Part shown: piece by piece, positions 32,901 to 41,295 of the stretch
How the letters are laid out: every line of letters begins with the position of its first letter
Numbering within the stretch: position 1 is the first letter of the stretch
Virus record (IMG/VR): IMGVR_UViG_3300017440_000001
Coordinates: 1-64,000 of that record
Strand: one strand, 5' to 3'
Origin: a virus
DNA length: 64,000 nucleotides
The notes under the pieces: generated by a model
The model's input: the letters and a program-made list of their open reading frames with translations, nothing else
Databases searched by the model: none
Told to the model about the DNA's origin: nothing
Position numbers and translations under genes: made by a program

Positions 32901-33498
32901 TACCTCTACGGGTACGGATGATCCGACATTTGTTGCGGCCTCTGGCGGCGTTCCCGCTTATTTCCGCAACGATGGCGGCGATAGCATTCAGACCGTTTCG
33001 ACCGACTTCCTCAAGACCCTGAGCCTCAATAAGTCGTGGTCTTACGCCCTCCTGCTGAAGGCTCCTAGTGTTTGGACGGCTGGCGCGGTTCCAGTGCTGT
33101 TCGGTGCTGGTGCCAACGTTGCTTCTAACCCAGGCATTCAGGTTCGTTATGTTGTCAATAACAACCAGATCCGTATCGCTACGGCAGACGGCTCGACTGG
33201 CCCCTCTATCAACCTGACGGCGACTCTGCCAACTTCTGGCTACATCATGGTTGTTATGACCTATGATGCCTCTACGAAGACTTTGACCTTCTATGTCAAC
33301 TCGACAACGTCTCTAACAGTCCCGGCGACGACCAGCCTTAACGGTGGAACCGCAACTTCTAACTTCATCAGCGGCTCGGCTCTTTCGGACGGTGCTGGCT
33401 GGATCGAAGATGTTATGTCTACCGGCATTAAGACCTCGACTGATGTCGGCGCTCTGCGGGACTACTGGCAGACTCAGTATGGCATCACGATCTTCTAA
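29947..33498 (+). CDS. multi-domain tail spike/fibre: beta-helix (pectate-lyase-like) + SASA/SGNH-type carbohydrate esterase + Ig-like + LamG-like
   Basis: PbH1-like repeats NNIRRSQFDGMQFIGGGNGLTVTGNDIS. Esterase motifs GQSNQEY and WNQGEGD. C-terminal LTFYVNS concanavalin/LamG-like region. Confidence 0.65.
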   Translation: MPSSDKFERLATNNHRYAYVSAFSMSSKTVSGKSGPNAKVPIYLSGSLVTTVTANASGQWNYVFDTAPTVGQAITVGGAIQSAPFVVTDSNLPVNPSPLISTQAALVSALATATGGQVLRLASSGSPYSIAVENLAPASELKIVSDDPLVPATIDIVAKAGSGGGILSGWKNVTFENIKFDRTALNYTARQQFVPNIHLNAPDTVKVINCIFKGRATARWPGDTNPDSITKGDMGIRFVSPKNCVVSGNSTDGYGFWLQATGDGQDNNTYSNNNIRRSQFDGMQFIGGGNGLTVTGNDISDLLGSINNDSTDSGNHDDLIQIATSGSATGWDNISVLRNFLDGGGKDTPQGIFVKDEDLKGIRSLTISDNAIRNSQANGIGVNANSGPGISATIANNLVLWSAVPHDPVDAQITQTKPFINLTNGVTGTASNNLSSGYAFTGSTVTQTANVTINYTDTANVLYAENILPGSLATGVDKYRVREAMLPVDYVAGPSIIKRSLSLQANRFFGLSAGQSNQEYFYTNSRMEFQSALNDNSPAAVSYTFGNGATEGSALLDVNKPARETYYWWNETPGTPGPRYDKWSAAVDAAVAAGRRVDFTIWNQGEGDAFFIGASDAQATRYFNARALLFATMRAKVPGLRIFLAPMNRRDVDYSALTANYIAGIEKIRDFDPVYAAANPSFCTILPEMYDQPGDGGAHSVDAGYDTLAIRFARKIAKTYGYTVSGGVDGPRLIAAARNGTTVVFEFAHDGGTALTPASANEGLRYTANGTAIALSNIAVTDATHVTATLASTPANGATEVAEFGYGTLGTIVWQNMIRDNQTVPLPVRHGKVTPTVNAASDTTPPVITSPATGTTANNTAYTTTLTANEPVTFSKRTGDQTANFTLTQATVPSTTATLTFPATTTAGTNIANLRATDAATTPNVTDFTHTLTVNAATANISSVWSNPLFNRKASVNNGQTLQNQIAAPADSSTQTAYDAFLGSSTSTGTDDPTFVAASGGVPAYFRNDGGDSIQTVSTDFLKTLSLNKSWSYALLLKAPSVWTAGAVPVLFGAGANVASNPGIQVRYVVNNNQIRIATADGSTGPSINLTATLPTSGYIMVVMTYDASTKTLTFYVNSTTSLTVPATTSLNGGTATSNFISGSALSDGAGWIEDVMSTGIKTSTDVGALRDYWQTQYGITIF

Positions 33499-33541
33499 GA
33501 CTAAACCCCGACACAAGCCCAACTAAAAATTCGGGGATAAA

Positions 33542-33874
33542 ATGCCTTCTTGGGAAAAATTGAGGTATGAACGTCTAGAGGGCGGCACGTCGCTGCCCTC
33601 TAATCCTACAGTCACAGATCAACAGCTTGAAATGTCGGATGAGACAGCAGACATTGCTTGGATGCCGCTCCTCGATACAGACATGAATCGACATGGCTTT
33701 CTCGTCCAGAACGCTTCTCAAAACGAGATCCGAATCAGGGCTATGGGCGAGACTTCGACTGGCACTCGCCTTCCGAGCTATGGCGATAGTTTCTCCCCCG
33801 ACTTCAAGCCTGAGCGCGCTTATGAGATTCAGGCCGCTCAAGACAATTCACCTTATCTGTTGGCGGTCTGGTGA
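33542..33874 (+). CDS. hypothetical protein
   Basis: ATG after GGGGATAAA. Confidence 0.55.
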   Translation: MPSWEKLRYERLEGGTSLPSNPTVTDQQLEMSDETADIAWMPLLDTDMNRHGFLVQNASQNEIRIRAMGETSTGTRLPSYGDSFSPDFKPERAYEIQAAQDNSPYLLAVW

Positions 33875-34845
33875 TGCTGCGCGTCTCTCCTAGCCAAAAG
33901 GCTATGCTGGATCGCATCAGTGTCTTGCAGATGCAGATTCAAAGTCTGTCGGGCGATCCACAGGCTATCGCCGATCTAACATCCAAACTTGCCACAATGC
34001 AAGCGGCAGCGGATGGCTATCCGGCCATCCAAAACGCACTATCAGCAGTCCAAAGCCAAGTCAATGGAATCTCCATTCCAGACGTATCAGGCTTGGCCAC
34101 AAAGACGGCGCTCTCGACGGTCGAAGGCAAGATCCCGTCTATCTCAGGGCTGGCAACGACAAGCGCCCTCACGGCCGTTAACGATCGTGTAAATGCCATT
34201 ACGGTTCCCGACGTAAGTGGACTAGCCACAAAGACAGCTTTGTCAACTGTTGAGGCTAAAATCCCATCGATTGCAGGCTTGGCTACGAACGCTTCTGTCT
34301 CTAGCCTCTCGACACGAATTGACGGCCTGAGCATTCCAGATGTATCAGGCCTTGCTTCTAAAACAGCACTTAGTACGGTTGAAGGCAAAATTCCCGCCGC
34401 TGCTACCGTCTCTCCTCCCGCAACAGACCTCGTTCAACAGACCGGAACTTCAACCAAGTTCGCGCGAGAAGACCACACGCATAAAGCTCGTGTAAAGCGG
34501 GCGATGATTACGATCGGTGCAGATGGGACGGCTAAGTGGGATTTCGCTGAACCTTTTACAATGATACCAATTGTGACACACATGGTTCAAGAAACGGCAG
34601 GGCAGAACCGAGTTAACGTCATTATTACCAGTATTTCAACGACCTCTGTAACGGTATATGCTGATCGTATGCGAAACCTTCCGGTTATGCAGCAATTGAA
34701 CAGCGGTCTTATTGGAACGGTATCGGCCGTTGTTTCTGGCGTCAACGGCCTGATTACCTCTTTGAGCGGGTACAATCTACTTGGCGGGCCGGGGTCGGCA
34801 AACGGCGTTAAAGTACATCTTTACGCGGCAGAGCCAATTGCCTAA
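33874..34845 (+). CDS. tail fibre protein with 43-aa tandem repeats
   Basis: PDVSGLATKTALSTVEGKIPS... occurs about 2.5 times. FAREDHTHKA is a fibre-type motif. Confidence 0.65.
   Translation: MLRVSPSQKAMLDRISVLQMQIQSLSGDPQAIADLTSKLATMQAAADGYPAIQNALSAVQSQVNGISIPDVSGLATKTALSTVEGKIPSISGLATTSALTAVNDRVNAITVPDVSGLATKTALSTVEAKIPSIAGLATNASVSSLSTRIDGLSIPDVSGLASKTALSTVEGKIPAAATVSPPATDLVQQTGTSTKFAREDHTHKARVKRAMITIGADGTAKWDFAEPFTMIPIVTHMVQETAGQNRVNVIITSISTTSVTVYADRMRNLPVMQQLNSGLIGTVSAVVSGVNGLITSLSGYNLLGGPGSANGVKVHLYAAEPIA
34078..34395 (+). repeat. in-frame tandem repeats (129-nt unit, about 2.5 copies)
   Basis: Units start at 34078, 34207 and 34336. The amino-acid sequence is conserved while many codons differ synonymously. 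Confidence 0.85.
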
Positions 34846-34854
34846 AAATAAAGC

Positions 34855-34883
34855 TTGACTTTCATCTTGAAATAGATTATAAT
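34855..34883 (+). promoter_or_regulatory. consensus promoter TTGACT-N17-TATAAT
   Basis: Exact -10 hexamer and 17-nt spacer. Upstream of CDS 34904. Confidence 0.7.
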
Positions 34884-34903
34884 ACAACAGACTAGAGGTT
34901 TAA

Positions 34904-35416
34904 ATGGCATCTGTAACGATTAACGACACTGAGTATACGACCTATGCTGATGTCGAAACTGCAGATGCCTACCTCGCGGCGTCGATTTCTAACGATGTAT
35001 GGAGTGCTGCCACCCCTGACCAAAAAGCGATCTATCTTGTAGAATCCGCTCGTGTCTTGGACAGGCAGAATTGGAAGCCTGACTTTGACACGTTTCAGAA
35101 GCGTTCAACTGTCGAGGGCATCATTAATGGCTCTATCGAACTCGCCGCGCTATTTGCAGGGGGCGAAACTTCTGCTCTTTCGAACGCTAACACTTCTTCC
35201 ACGACCAAACGACTGAAGGCAGGGTCCGCAGAGGTCGAATACTTTAAGTCTTTCGAGACTGCACAGCGCTTCCCCACAAGAGTCATGGAACTCGTGGGGA
35301 AGTATCTTGGTTCAAGCGCCAACGAATCGCTAGGCGGTGCTGGCGGGGCCTTTGTGAGCGGTGTTAATCAGTGCTCTCAGGCGTCTCAGCCGTGGGGATA
35401 TTGGGCAGGGATCTAA
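34904..35416 (+). CDS. head-tail connector-like protein (gp6/DnaT_2-like)
   Basis: N-terminal pattern TYADVETADAYLAAS...W....PDQKAIYLVESARVLD is typical of connector/adaptor proteins. Confidence 0.4.
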   Translation: MASVTINDTEYTTYADVETADAYLAASISNDVWSAATPDQKAIYLVESARVLDRQNWKPDFDTFQKRSTVEGIINGSIELAALFAGGETSALSNANTSSTTKRLKAGSAEVEYFKSFETAQRFPTRVMELVGKYLGSSANESLGGAGGAFVSGVNQCSQASQPWGYWAGI

Positions 35417-35558
35417 TCCAATTAGCAAAAATTTTTATTTCCTCTTCATCAAGTTCAAAACTCTCGTCTTCTGCAAGACCTTCGTGAATATCAATTGTTA
35501 GTCTCCCATCAATTATAAAGAACTCAATACCTTCGAAACAAAGATAAGAATTTTCCAT
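35364..35558 (-). CDS. questionable acidic 64-aa ORF in an AT-rich spacer
   Basis: Its start codon overlaps the divergent ATG 35557 (CATG), so there is no room for a promoter. Its 3' end overlaps CDS 34904-35416. Confidence 0.3.
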   Translation of the reverse strand: MENSYLCFEGIEFFIIDGRLTIDIHEGLAEDESFELDEEEIKIFANWIRSLPNIPTAETPESTD

Positions 35559-36585
35559 GTATCACTTCTCCACCATCCAAAAGGGACGAGAAGAGGATGT
35601 AGACGCAATCAAAGCGCTTGTCAACGGCATCCGCAAGAATTTTCTTAAGACCTTTTTGGCCTACGTCGAAAAGGCTTCGTCAAACGAGACGCTAAAGGAA
35701 ATCCTTCGCCTCCTGGAAGCTGGCAAACAAGCCGAGATCCCGTCCTTTATGGACCAGTTTCTCAAGACCTTCGAAGGCGTCGTCTATGACGCGCTTATTG
35801 CCTCTGGCAAGTTCGAAGTGGAGCTAACGGGCGCTCAGGTCATGCGCTTTGCGCGGCAGGCCTTCAACAGCGAAACGCCAACCATTGCCCTTAGCTTCAA
35901 TCCCGGCAATCCTCGTGCAGCGGCTATCGCTCAGACGCAGGCCGGTCGATTGATCAAGGAAGTTTCCGATTCCAGCCGAGCCGTCATCAATCAGACGCTC
36001 GTTGACGCACAGAACGGCGGCTTTGGAACGCGAAAGACCGCTCAGGAAATCAAGCAGAATATCGGCTTGACAGAGAAGCAGCTTGCATCTGTCAAGCGCT
36101 ATGAGAATTTGCTTCGTGAAGGTTCTTCCGAGGCTTTGAACCGCGAGCTACGGGACAAGCGCTTTGATCGCACCGTTGCGAACGCCAAGAAGAAGCCTCT
36201 AACCGAAGCGCAGATCCAGACGATGACAGATCGTTATCGCGCTAAGATGATTGCCTATCGCGCCGAGACGATCGCGCGCACGGAATCCAGCGAGTCTGTC
36301 AATCAGGGTCGCGCTGAGGCTATGCGGCAAAACCTTGAAGCCACTGGCTTGACTGAGGATGCCGTTACAAAGACTTGGGTCTCCACGAAAGACAAGCGCA
36401 CCCGTCGCTCGCACAAGCACGGCGGCTTGGACGGCAAGACGGTTCAGGGCCTCGATACCCCGTTCATCTCGCCTTTGACTGGCGCGCGCCTCAAGAACCC
36501 AGGAGACCGGAGCCTTGGAGCCCCGGCGTCCGAGTTGGTGCAGTGCCGTTGCGTTTGCACTATGCGGCTAAAATTACCTGATTAA
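35557..36585 (+). CDS. head morphogenesis protein (Mu F / SPP1 gp7 family)
   Basis: TWVSTKDKRTRRSHKHGGLDGKTV and C-terminal CRC match the MuF-like signature. Confidence 0.8.
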   Translation: MYHFSTIQKGREEDVDAIKALVNGIRKNFLKTFLAYVEKASSNETLKEILRLLEAGKQAEIPSFMDQFLKTFEGVVYDALIASGKFEVELTGAQVMRFARQAFNSETPTIALSFNPGNPRAAAIAQTQAGRLIKEVSDSSRAVINQTLVDAQNGGFGTRKTAQEIKQNIGLTEKQLASVKRYENLLREGSSEALNRELRDKRFDRTVANAKKKPLTEAQIQTMTDRYRAKMIAYRAETIARTESSESVNQGRAEAMRQNLEATGLTEDAVTKTWVSTKDKRTRRSHKHGGLDGKTVQGLDTPFISPLTGARLKNPGDRSLGAPASELVQCRCVCTMRLKLPD

Positions 36586-37055
36586 TCGTTCCAGATTTTT
36601 CTATTTTTTATTCGATTAATCGTTACCCTATGAACAGAAAATTGATCAGCTAGTTCTTGATCTTTTATGCCTTCGGATGATTTCTTTCTGATTTCTTCTA
36701 CTTGATCTTGAGTTAACTTTGCTTGGTTGTTTCGAGATCCTTTTTGATGTATGCCGTGACTTTCAGCATCTTTTGCGTTTTGCTGATGATCACCCCACCG
36801 CAAATGTTTAGGGCTAGCACAACCTAGATGTCCGTTGCCGCAGGAATGTAAAGCTAAAGGTTTCTCTTTTGTTGAAGGGCCATTAACTTTTTCGCAAACA
36901 ATGCGATGAACAAGAAGCTGTTTACCTTCTATTGTTATTCTGGCATATCCGTTATCATTCTTAGCGAATGGCCAAATCTGACAATCTTCGTCTTCTGTTT
37001 GCAGAATAGAATTTATCCAATCTAGTCCAGCCCCATGAAAAGTTTTACCTTTCAA
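36582..37055 (-). CDS. HNH homing endonuclease, antisense to the late operon
   Basis: HRIVCEKVNG...HSCGNGHLGCASPKHLRWGDHQQNAKD is the HNH core. C-terminal KLTQDQVEEIRKK...FSVHRVTINRI is an HTH-like segment. Start is uncertain: in-frame TTG at 37055, with the ORF open up to 37259. Confidence 0.75.
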   Translation of the reverse strand: MKGKTFHGAGLDWINSILQTEDEDCQIWPFAKNDNGYARITIEGKQLLVHRIVCEKVNGPSTKEKPLALHSCGNGHLGCASPKHLRWGDHQQNAKDAESHGIHQKGSRNNQAKLTQDQVEEIRKKSSEGIKDQELADQFSVHRVTINRIKNRKIWND

Positions 37056-37173
37056 AGGGTCGCCGTCATCGGCGGATGCACGAATGGGGCGGCAGGCATC
37101 ATTATGCAGGAAATCATCAACGCCGTTTACCGCGACGCTCAGCGGCGAATGAAAGCCATAGAAGAGAGTATGA

Positions 37174-37590
37174 ATGTCTGAAGCTATCACGACTGCCTCT
37201 AAGATCGCGAAAGTGGATGAATCTCTTGGTCTTGCTTTCGGTTGGGCTATCGTCTGCAAGGAAAACGGCGAGGATCATTACGATACGCAGGGAGATCATA
37301 TCCCTGAGGACGTAATGCTCAAGGCCGCTTCCGAGTTCATGGGCTCTGAGCGTATCGGTGCTGATATGCACGTTTGGGACAAGGATGGAAATCCTGTAAA
37401 GACGGGCTCTGTCGTTTTTGCATGGCCGATGACGACTGACATTGCCAAGGCAATGGGCGTCGAAGGAACGACCACAGGCCTCATGGTTGCTTACAAGCCC
37501 GATAGCGAAGAGATCATGGCCAAGTTTCGAGATGGCTCCTATACGGGCTTTAGCATCGGCGGTAGCGCCATGAAGGAGGCTTCCGAATGA
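37174..37590 (+). CDS. XkdF-like putative prohead serine protease
   Basis: LGLAFGWAIV...DTQGDHI....L..AA..FM.......DMH...G.V....P....A.A.G......G.MV..K......K...G...GFSIGG pattern matches the XkdF/Peptidase_S78_2 family. Confidence 0.6.
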   Translation: MSEAITTASKIAKVDESLGLAFGWAIVCKENGEDHYDTQGDHIPEDVMLKAASEFMGSERIGADMHVWDKDGNPVKTGSVVFAWPMTTDIAKAMGVEGTTTGLMVAYKPDSEEIMAKFRDGSYTGFSIGGSAMKEASE

Positions 37591-38744
37591 AGCGAAACAT
37601 CATCCGCGAGCTAACGCTTAAGGAAATCTCTGCCGTAGACCGGCCCGCTCAGGTTGGCGCGAAGATGACGATCATGAAGCGCCATGATGGCCACGCTGAA
37701 AAGCTGACTAAGTATTACTATGATGCTTATTCTGATTCGAAGGCTTCCGCAAAAAGCTTTGATGAAATTCTGACTGAGAATGAGAATCGCAAAAAGCTTT
37801 ATGAAGCTCGCGAAGCCCTCTATCCAGTTTTTGATGCCTTGCAGGCATCACTAGGTTCGATCGCTTCAGATACGTCTCTCTCGGCTGCTAATCGCATGTC
37901 GAAGATTGAGACAAGTGTCAATGCCTTTCTTTCCGCTGTCCGCGAAAAGATGCCCGATGTCGAGGAAGAGCTAACCAAGGCTCTCGTTGACTTTGCTGCC
38001 GGTTCCTCCGGCTCTCCCCCAGCCAACCTTGAAGGAAATGAAATGGCTGATAACAAGACCGTCGAGGAACTCAGCAAGAGCCTCGAAACCCTCCAGAAGT
38101 CCCTAGACGATACGAAGGCAGAGCTTGCTAAGTCTGAGTCGGTCGCCAAGATGAGCGACGCCGCTAAGACCTATATGAAGTCACTGGACGACGCTGGCAA
38201 GGCCAAGTTCATGTCGCTGTCGCCCGCCGATCAGGAAGCCAAGGCTTCTGCGGTCAAGAAGAACGATGAGACGCTTGAGCTTCACGGCCAGACCATTCAG
38301 AAGTCGGCTGTTGGCGATGGCATGTTCGCCATTCTTAAGGCTCAGTCCGTCGAGATCGCCAAGATGCAGGAAGACGTTGCCAAGGCTCGCGGCGAAGCCG
38401 AGATCCAGGTTCTTGCCAAGCGCGCCGATGACGAGCTTGCCGCGCTCCCCGGTGATCGTCTGGCCAAGGCCCGCATCCTGAAGGCGTCCGATACCCTGAC
38501 TGCTGAAGACAAGACCGTCTTTGACCAGATGCTCAAGGCCGCGAATAGCTCACTTGCCAAGGCGTTTACGTCGGTCGGCAAGAACGGCACGAAGGAAGTC
38601 GCCGAGGGCTCCGCTGAAGATCAGCTTCAGAAGAAGGCCGAAGAGATCGCCAAGCGCGATAGCGTTTCGGTCGCCAAGGCTTACGAGACGGCCATTGCCG
38701 AGAACCCGGACCTTTACGAGTCCATCGAAACCCCCAAGGCGTAA
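37587..38744 (+). CDS. scaffolding-like protein
   Basis: Ala/Lys/Glu-rich coiled coil. Lies between the protease and capsid genes. ATGA coupling. Confidence 0.6.
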   Translation: MKRNIIRELTLKEISAVDRPAQVGAKMTIMKRHDGHAEKLTKYYYDAYSDSKASAKSFDEILTENENRKKLYEAREALYPVFDALQASLGSIASDTSLSAANRMSKIETSVNAFLSAVREKMPDVEEELTKALVDFAAGSSGSPPANLEGNEMADNKTVEELSKSLETLQKSLDDTKAELAKSESVAKMSDAAKTYMKSLDDAGKAKFMSLSPADQEAKASAVKKNDETLELHGQTIQKSAVGDGMFAILKAQSVEIAKMQEDVAKARGEAEIQVLAKRADDELAALPGDRLAKARILKASDTLTAEDKTVFDQMLKAANSSLAKAFTSVGKNGTKEVAEGSAEDQLQKKAEEIAKRDSVSVAKAYETAIAENPDLYESIETPKA

Positions 38745-38756
38745 AGGACCTTACTC

Positions 38757-39116
38757 ATGGGCGCTACATACGACAATCGTTCTCTAGTTACCATGGTCGC
38801 CGAGGCGGACATGCGTAATGATTTCTTCAAGTTTGTTAAGCACGGCACGACTGCCGAAGGTATGCTTCGTGCGGACGGCACGGGCGAGGTTATCGGCGTG
38901 TTGTCGGCGAAGCCTTTCACTGGCCAGCCGGGCGCTGTCGGTATTGCTGGCAAGCTTCGCGTTCGCGCGGGCGGCACCATTGCTATCGGCGCGAAGGTGA
39001 CGACCGATGCTAACGGCCTTGCCGTTGCCGGTTCTACCAACGTTCTCGGCACCGCTGCAACCGCTGGCGTCAATGGTCAGCTTATGGAAATCTTCTTCAC
39101 GAAGACCGGCGCTTAA
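38757..39116 (+). CDS. DUF2190-like head decoration/cement protein
   Basis: 119 aa, Gly/Ala-rich beta pattern GKLRVRAGGTIAIGAKVTTDANG. Immediately upstream of the capsid gene. Confidence 0.55.
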   Translation: MGATYDNRSLVTMVAEADMRNDFFKFVKHGTTAEGMLRADGTGEVIGVLSAKPFTGQPGAVGIAGKLRVRAGGTIAIGAKVTTDANGLAVAGSTNVLGTAATAGVNGQLMEIFFTKTGA

Positions 39117-39139
39117 TCGCCCTAAAAGGATAAACAGAT

Positions 39140-40126
39140 ATGCCTATCACACAGGGCGACGTTTATGTCAGCGCCCCTCTAACGAATATTTCGGTCGGTT
39201 ACGCTCAGGACGCGCGTAACTTCATTGCCGATCGCGTTTTCCCGCGCGTGCCGGTCGCCGTTCAGGGCGGTCAGTATTGGGTGTGGAACCGTGAGGATTG
39301 GAACCGCAACAACATGAAGAAGCGTGCTGATGGGACCGAGTCCCAGGGCACCGACCTGAACGTGTCGCGTAAGAACTACTTCGCGTCCGTTTGGGCTCTC
39401 CATGTCGATATCGGCGACCAGACCCGCGCCAATGCCTCTTCGGCTTTCGCTCTTGATTCGGACACCACTCGTTACCTGACGGGTCAGTACCTTATCAATA
39501 AGGAGGCGAATTTCGTCAGCGCCTACTTCAAGACGGGCGTCTGGGGCACTGACTACACGGGCGTTGCTTCGGGTGCCACTGGCAACCAGCGCGTGCAGTG
39601 GAGTGACTATACCGCTTCCGATCCGATCGCGGATATCCAGAAGGCGATTATCCGTCAGCTTCTCTTGACGGGCCAGCGTCCGAACAAGCTCGTTGTCGGT
39701 ATTGATGTCGATTACGTTCTCAAGAACCATCCCGATATCGTTGATCGCGTCAAGTACGGCGGCACCAACGCCTCGCCTTCGATGGTCGAGGATTCGGCTC
39801 TTGCTCGCGTGTTCGGCGTTGACGAGTACCTCGTTGCTGGCGCTACCCTTAACACGGCAGAAGACGGTGCGACCGAGAACAACCAGTTCTTCGTCGGCAA
39901 GAATGCGCTTCTGGTCTACGCGCCTAACGCTCCTGGCCTGATGACGCCTTCGGCTGGCTACACGTTCGTCTGGTCTTCGTACCTTGGCAACGGTGCCGGT
40001 GGCGCTCGGATTTCGAAGATGCGTATCGACGTTCGTCGTGCGGACCGTATCGAGGCCGAAGCTGCGTACTCGCAGGAAGTGGTTGCGGCTGACATGGGCG
40101 CTTACTTCTCCAACATCGTCGCCTAA
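39140..40126 (+). CDS. major capsid protein
   Basis: 328 aa. Strong RBS AAAAGGATAAACAG. Position follows scaffold and decoration genes. Confidence 0.7.
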   Translation: MPITQGDVYVSAPLTNISVGYAQDARNFIADRVFPRVPVAVQGGQYWVWNREDWNRNNMKKRADGTESQGTDLNVSRKNYFASVWALHVDIGDQTRANASSAFALDSDTTRYLTGQYLINKEANFVSAYFKTGVWGTDYTGVASGATGNQRVQWSDYTASDPIADIQKAIIRQLLLTGQRPNKLVVGIDVDYVLKNHPDIVDRVKYGGTNASPSMVEDSALARVFGVDEYLVAGATLNTAEDGATENNQFFVGKNALLVYAPNAPGLMTPSAGYTFVWSSYLGNGAGGARISKMRIDVRRADRIEAEAAYSQEVVAADMGAYFSNIVA

Positions 40127-40152
40127 TCTAAACGCCCAAGAAGGATAAGTCA

Positions 40153-40659
40153 ATGGCTCAGAGCAAATATTTCTTGGGCGAATGGAAAGACGTTGCGGAT
40201 GGCGAGTTTGTCGTCGCCCGCGCTTTCCCGGCAAATGGCGAGACGCTAGAGCCGGGAACACCTTTCGATAAGGAAGGGGTTGAACCCCGTCGTTTGCGTC
40301 TTCTTTACGAAACGAGATACATCACGACTGCTGATATCGATTCTGCGGGCCATGAAGGCACCGTAGAGCGCGTTGAAGGGGTTGAAGGCGGCAAGGATAC
40401 CCCTGAGGTAGAAAATGACGCTCCTGAGCCTTCTGCGGCCGAAACCGACAGTGAGTTTCCTGAAGAGGCAGAAGAGCCAATTGAAGAGGCTCCCGAGCCT
40501 GAAGCATCCAAGCGTGTCGGCACGATCGTAAAGGGCAAGGCTGGTTGGCTTCACGTCGAGGACGAAAACGGCAACAAGGTTGGCGATTCGACCCGCGATG
40601 AGGACGAAGCTGAGCTTATCAAGCTGTCCTATGAAGACGGGGAAATCGAAGCTGATTAA
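40153..40659 (+). CDS. hypothetical acidic protein
   Basis: RBS AAGAAGGATAAG. Glu/Pro-rich centre. Confidence 0.55.
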   Translation: MAQSKYFLGEWKDVADGEFVVARAFPANGETLEPGTPFDKEGVEPRRLRLLYETRYITTADIDSAGHEGTVERVEGVEGGKDTPEVENDAPEPSAAETDSEFPEEAEEPIEEAPEPEASKRVGTIVKGKAGWLHVEDENGNKVGDSTRDEDEAELIKLSYEDGEIEAD

Positions 40660-40903
40660 AAAGTGTATTTCTGAAACCCTTGCTGCGTAGGGGTTTCAGC
40701 GTTTCAGCCGCCAGAAAAATACACTTTTGCAGCTAAAATTGAAAACTATCTATATACTATCTCTTCTCTCTATCTTCTTCTTTTTATATACTTTTAGAAA
40801 AGAGGATAAAAAGTGTATAATAGTAAGAGAGAAACAGGAAAAAGCTAAGAATCACAAGCACTTAGCGGAATACACTTTTCTCCACTTTTTGAAAATCCGT
40901 ATA
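40659..40903. repeat. AT-rich intergenic module B (inverted copy of module A)
   Basis: AAAAGTGTAT at 40659-40668 and 40809-18. ATACACTTTT at 40719-28 and 40870-79. Pyrimidine tract 40741-40802. AAATCCGTATA 40893-40903. Hairpin CTGAAACCC/GGGTTTCAG 40671-40699. Confidence 0.8.
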
Positions 40904-40917
40904 GCGTTGGGATAAAA

Positions 40918-41295
40918 ATGGCGAGCTTTCTTGAGGTCCAGCTAGCCAAAGCGATTGCTTCGGGCTTCAAAGGCAAGTTGCTGAAAGGCACCGTTGAGCG
41001 TCGAGGCTCTAGCGGTGTGGATGAATACGGAGATCCCGTACCTTCGGCGTCAAGCGTTTTCGCAATCGAAGGCTTCCTTGAGGACTATAGCGCGTTCATC
41101 CGAGCGCAGGCCGGAATTCCTGAAAGCGATAGCAAGCTAACAATCATCGCCGGCCTCTCCCGTCCTTCCTTTCAGCCTCGTGCTGAAGACGTGGTGAGGA
41201 TCAGCGGAAAGACCTTCAACCTTGCGCGCTTGACCAACACCGATCCTGCCACTGCGACGTATGAATGTCAAGTCTCTCAGGTGGACAATGGCTAA
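40918..41295 (+). CDS. neck/head-closure protein candidate
   Basis: Called by position. 125 aa. Confidence 0.4.
   Translation: MASFLEVQLAKAIASGFKGKLLKGTVERRGSSGVDEYGDPVPSASSVFAIEGFLEDYSAFIRAQAGIPESDSKLTIIAGLSRPSFQPRAEDVVRISGKTFNLARLTNTDPATATYECQVSQVDNG

Noticed and set aside
37056-37259. N-terminal 68-aa extension of the HNH ORF
   Set aside because: It overlaps the start of the protease gene on the opposite strand and lies outside the conserved HNH family core. An in-frame TTG at 37055 gives a typical-size enzyme. The exact start remains uncertain.
19539-40903. Modules A and B as inverted repeats flanking an invertible or mobile 21-kb segment
   Set aside because: The repeats are imperfect (roughly three-quarters identity by eye). 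No recombinase, invertase or transposase gene was found. The intervening genes are essential packaging and head genes with consistent promoter logic.
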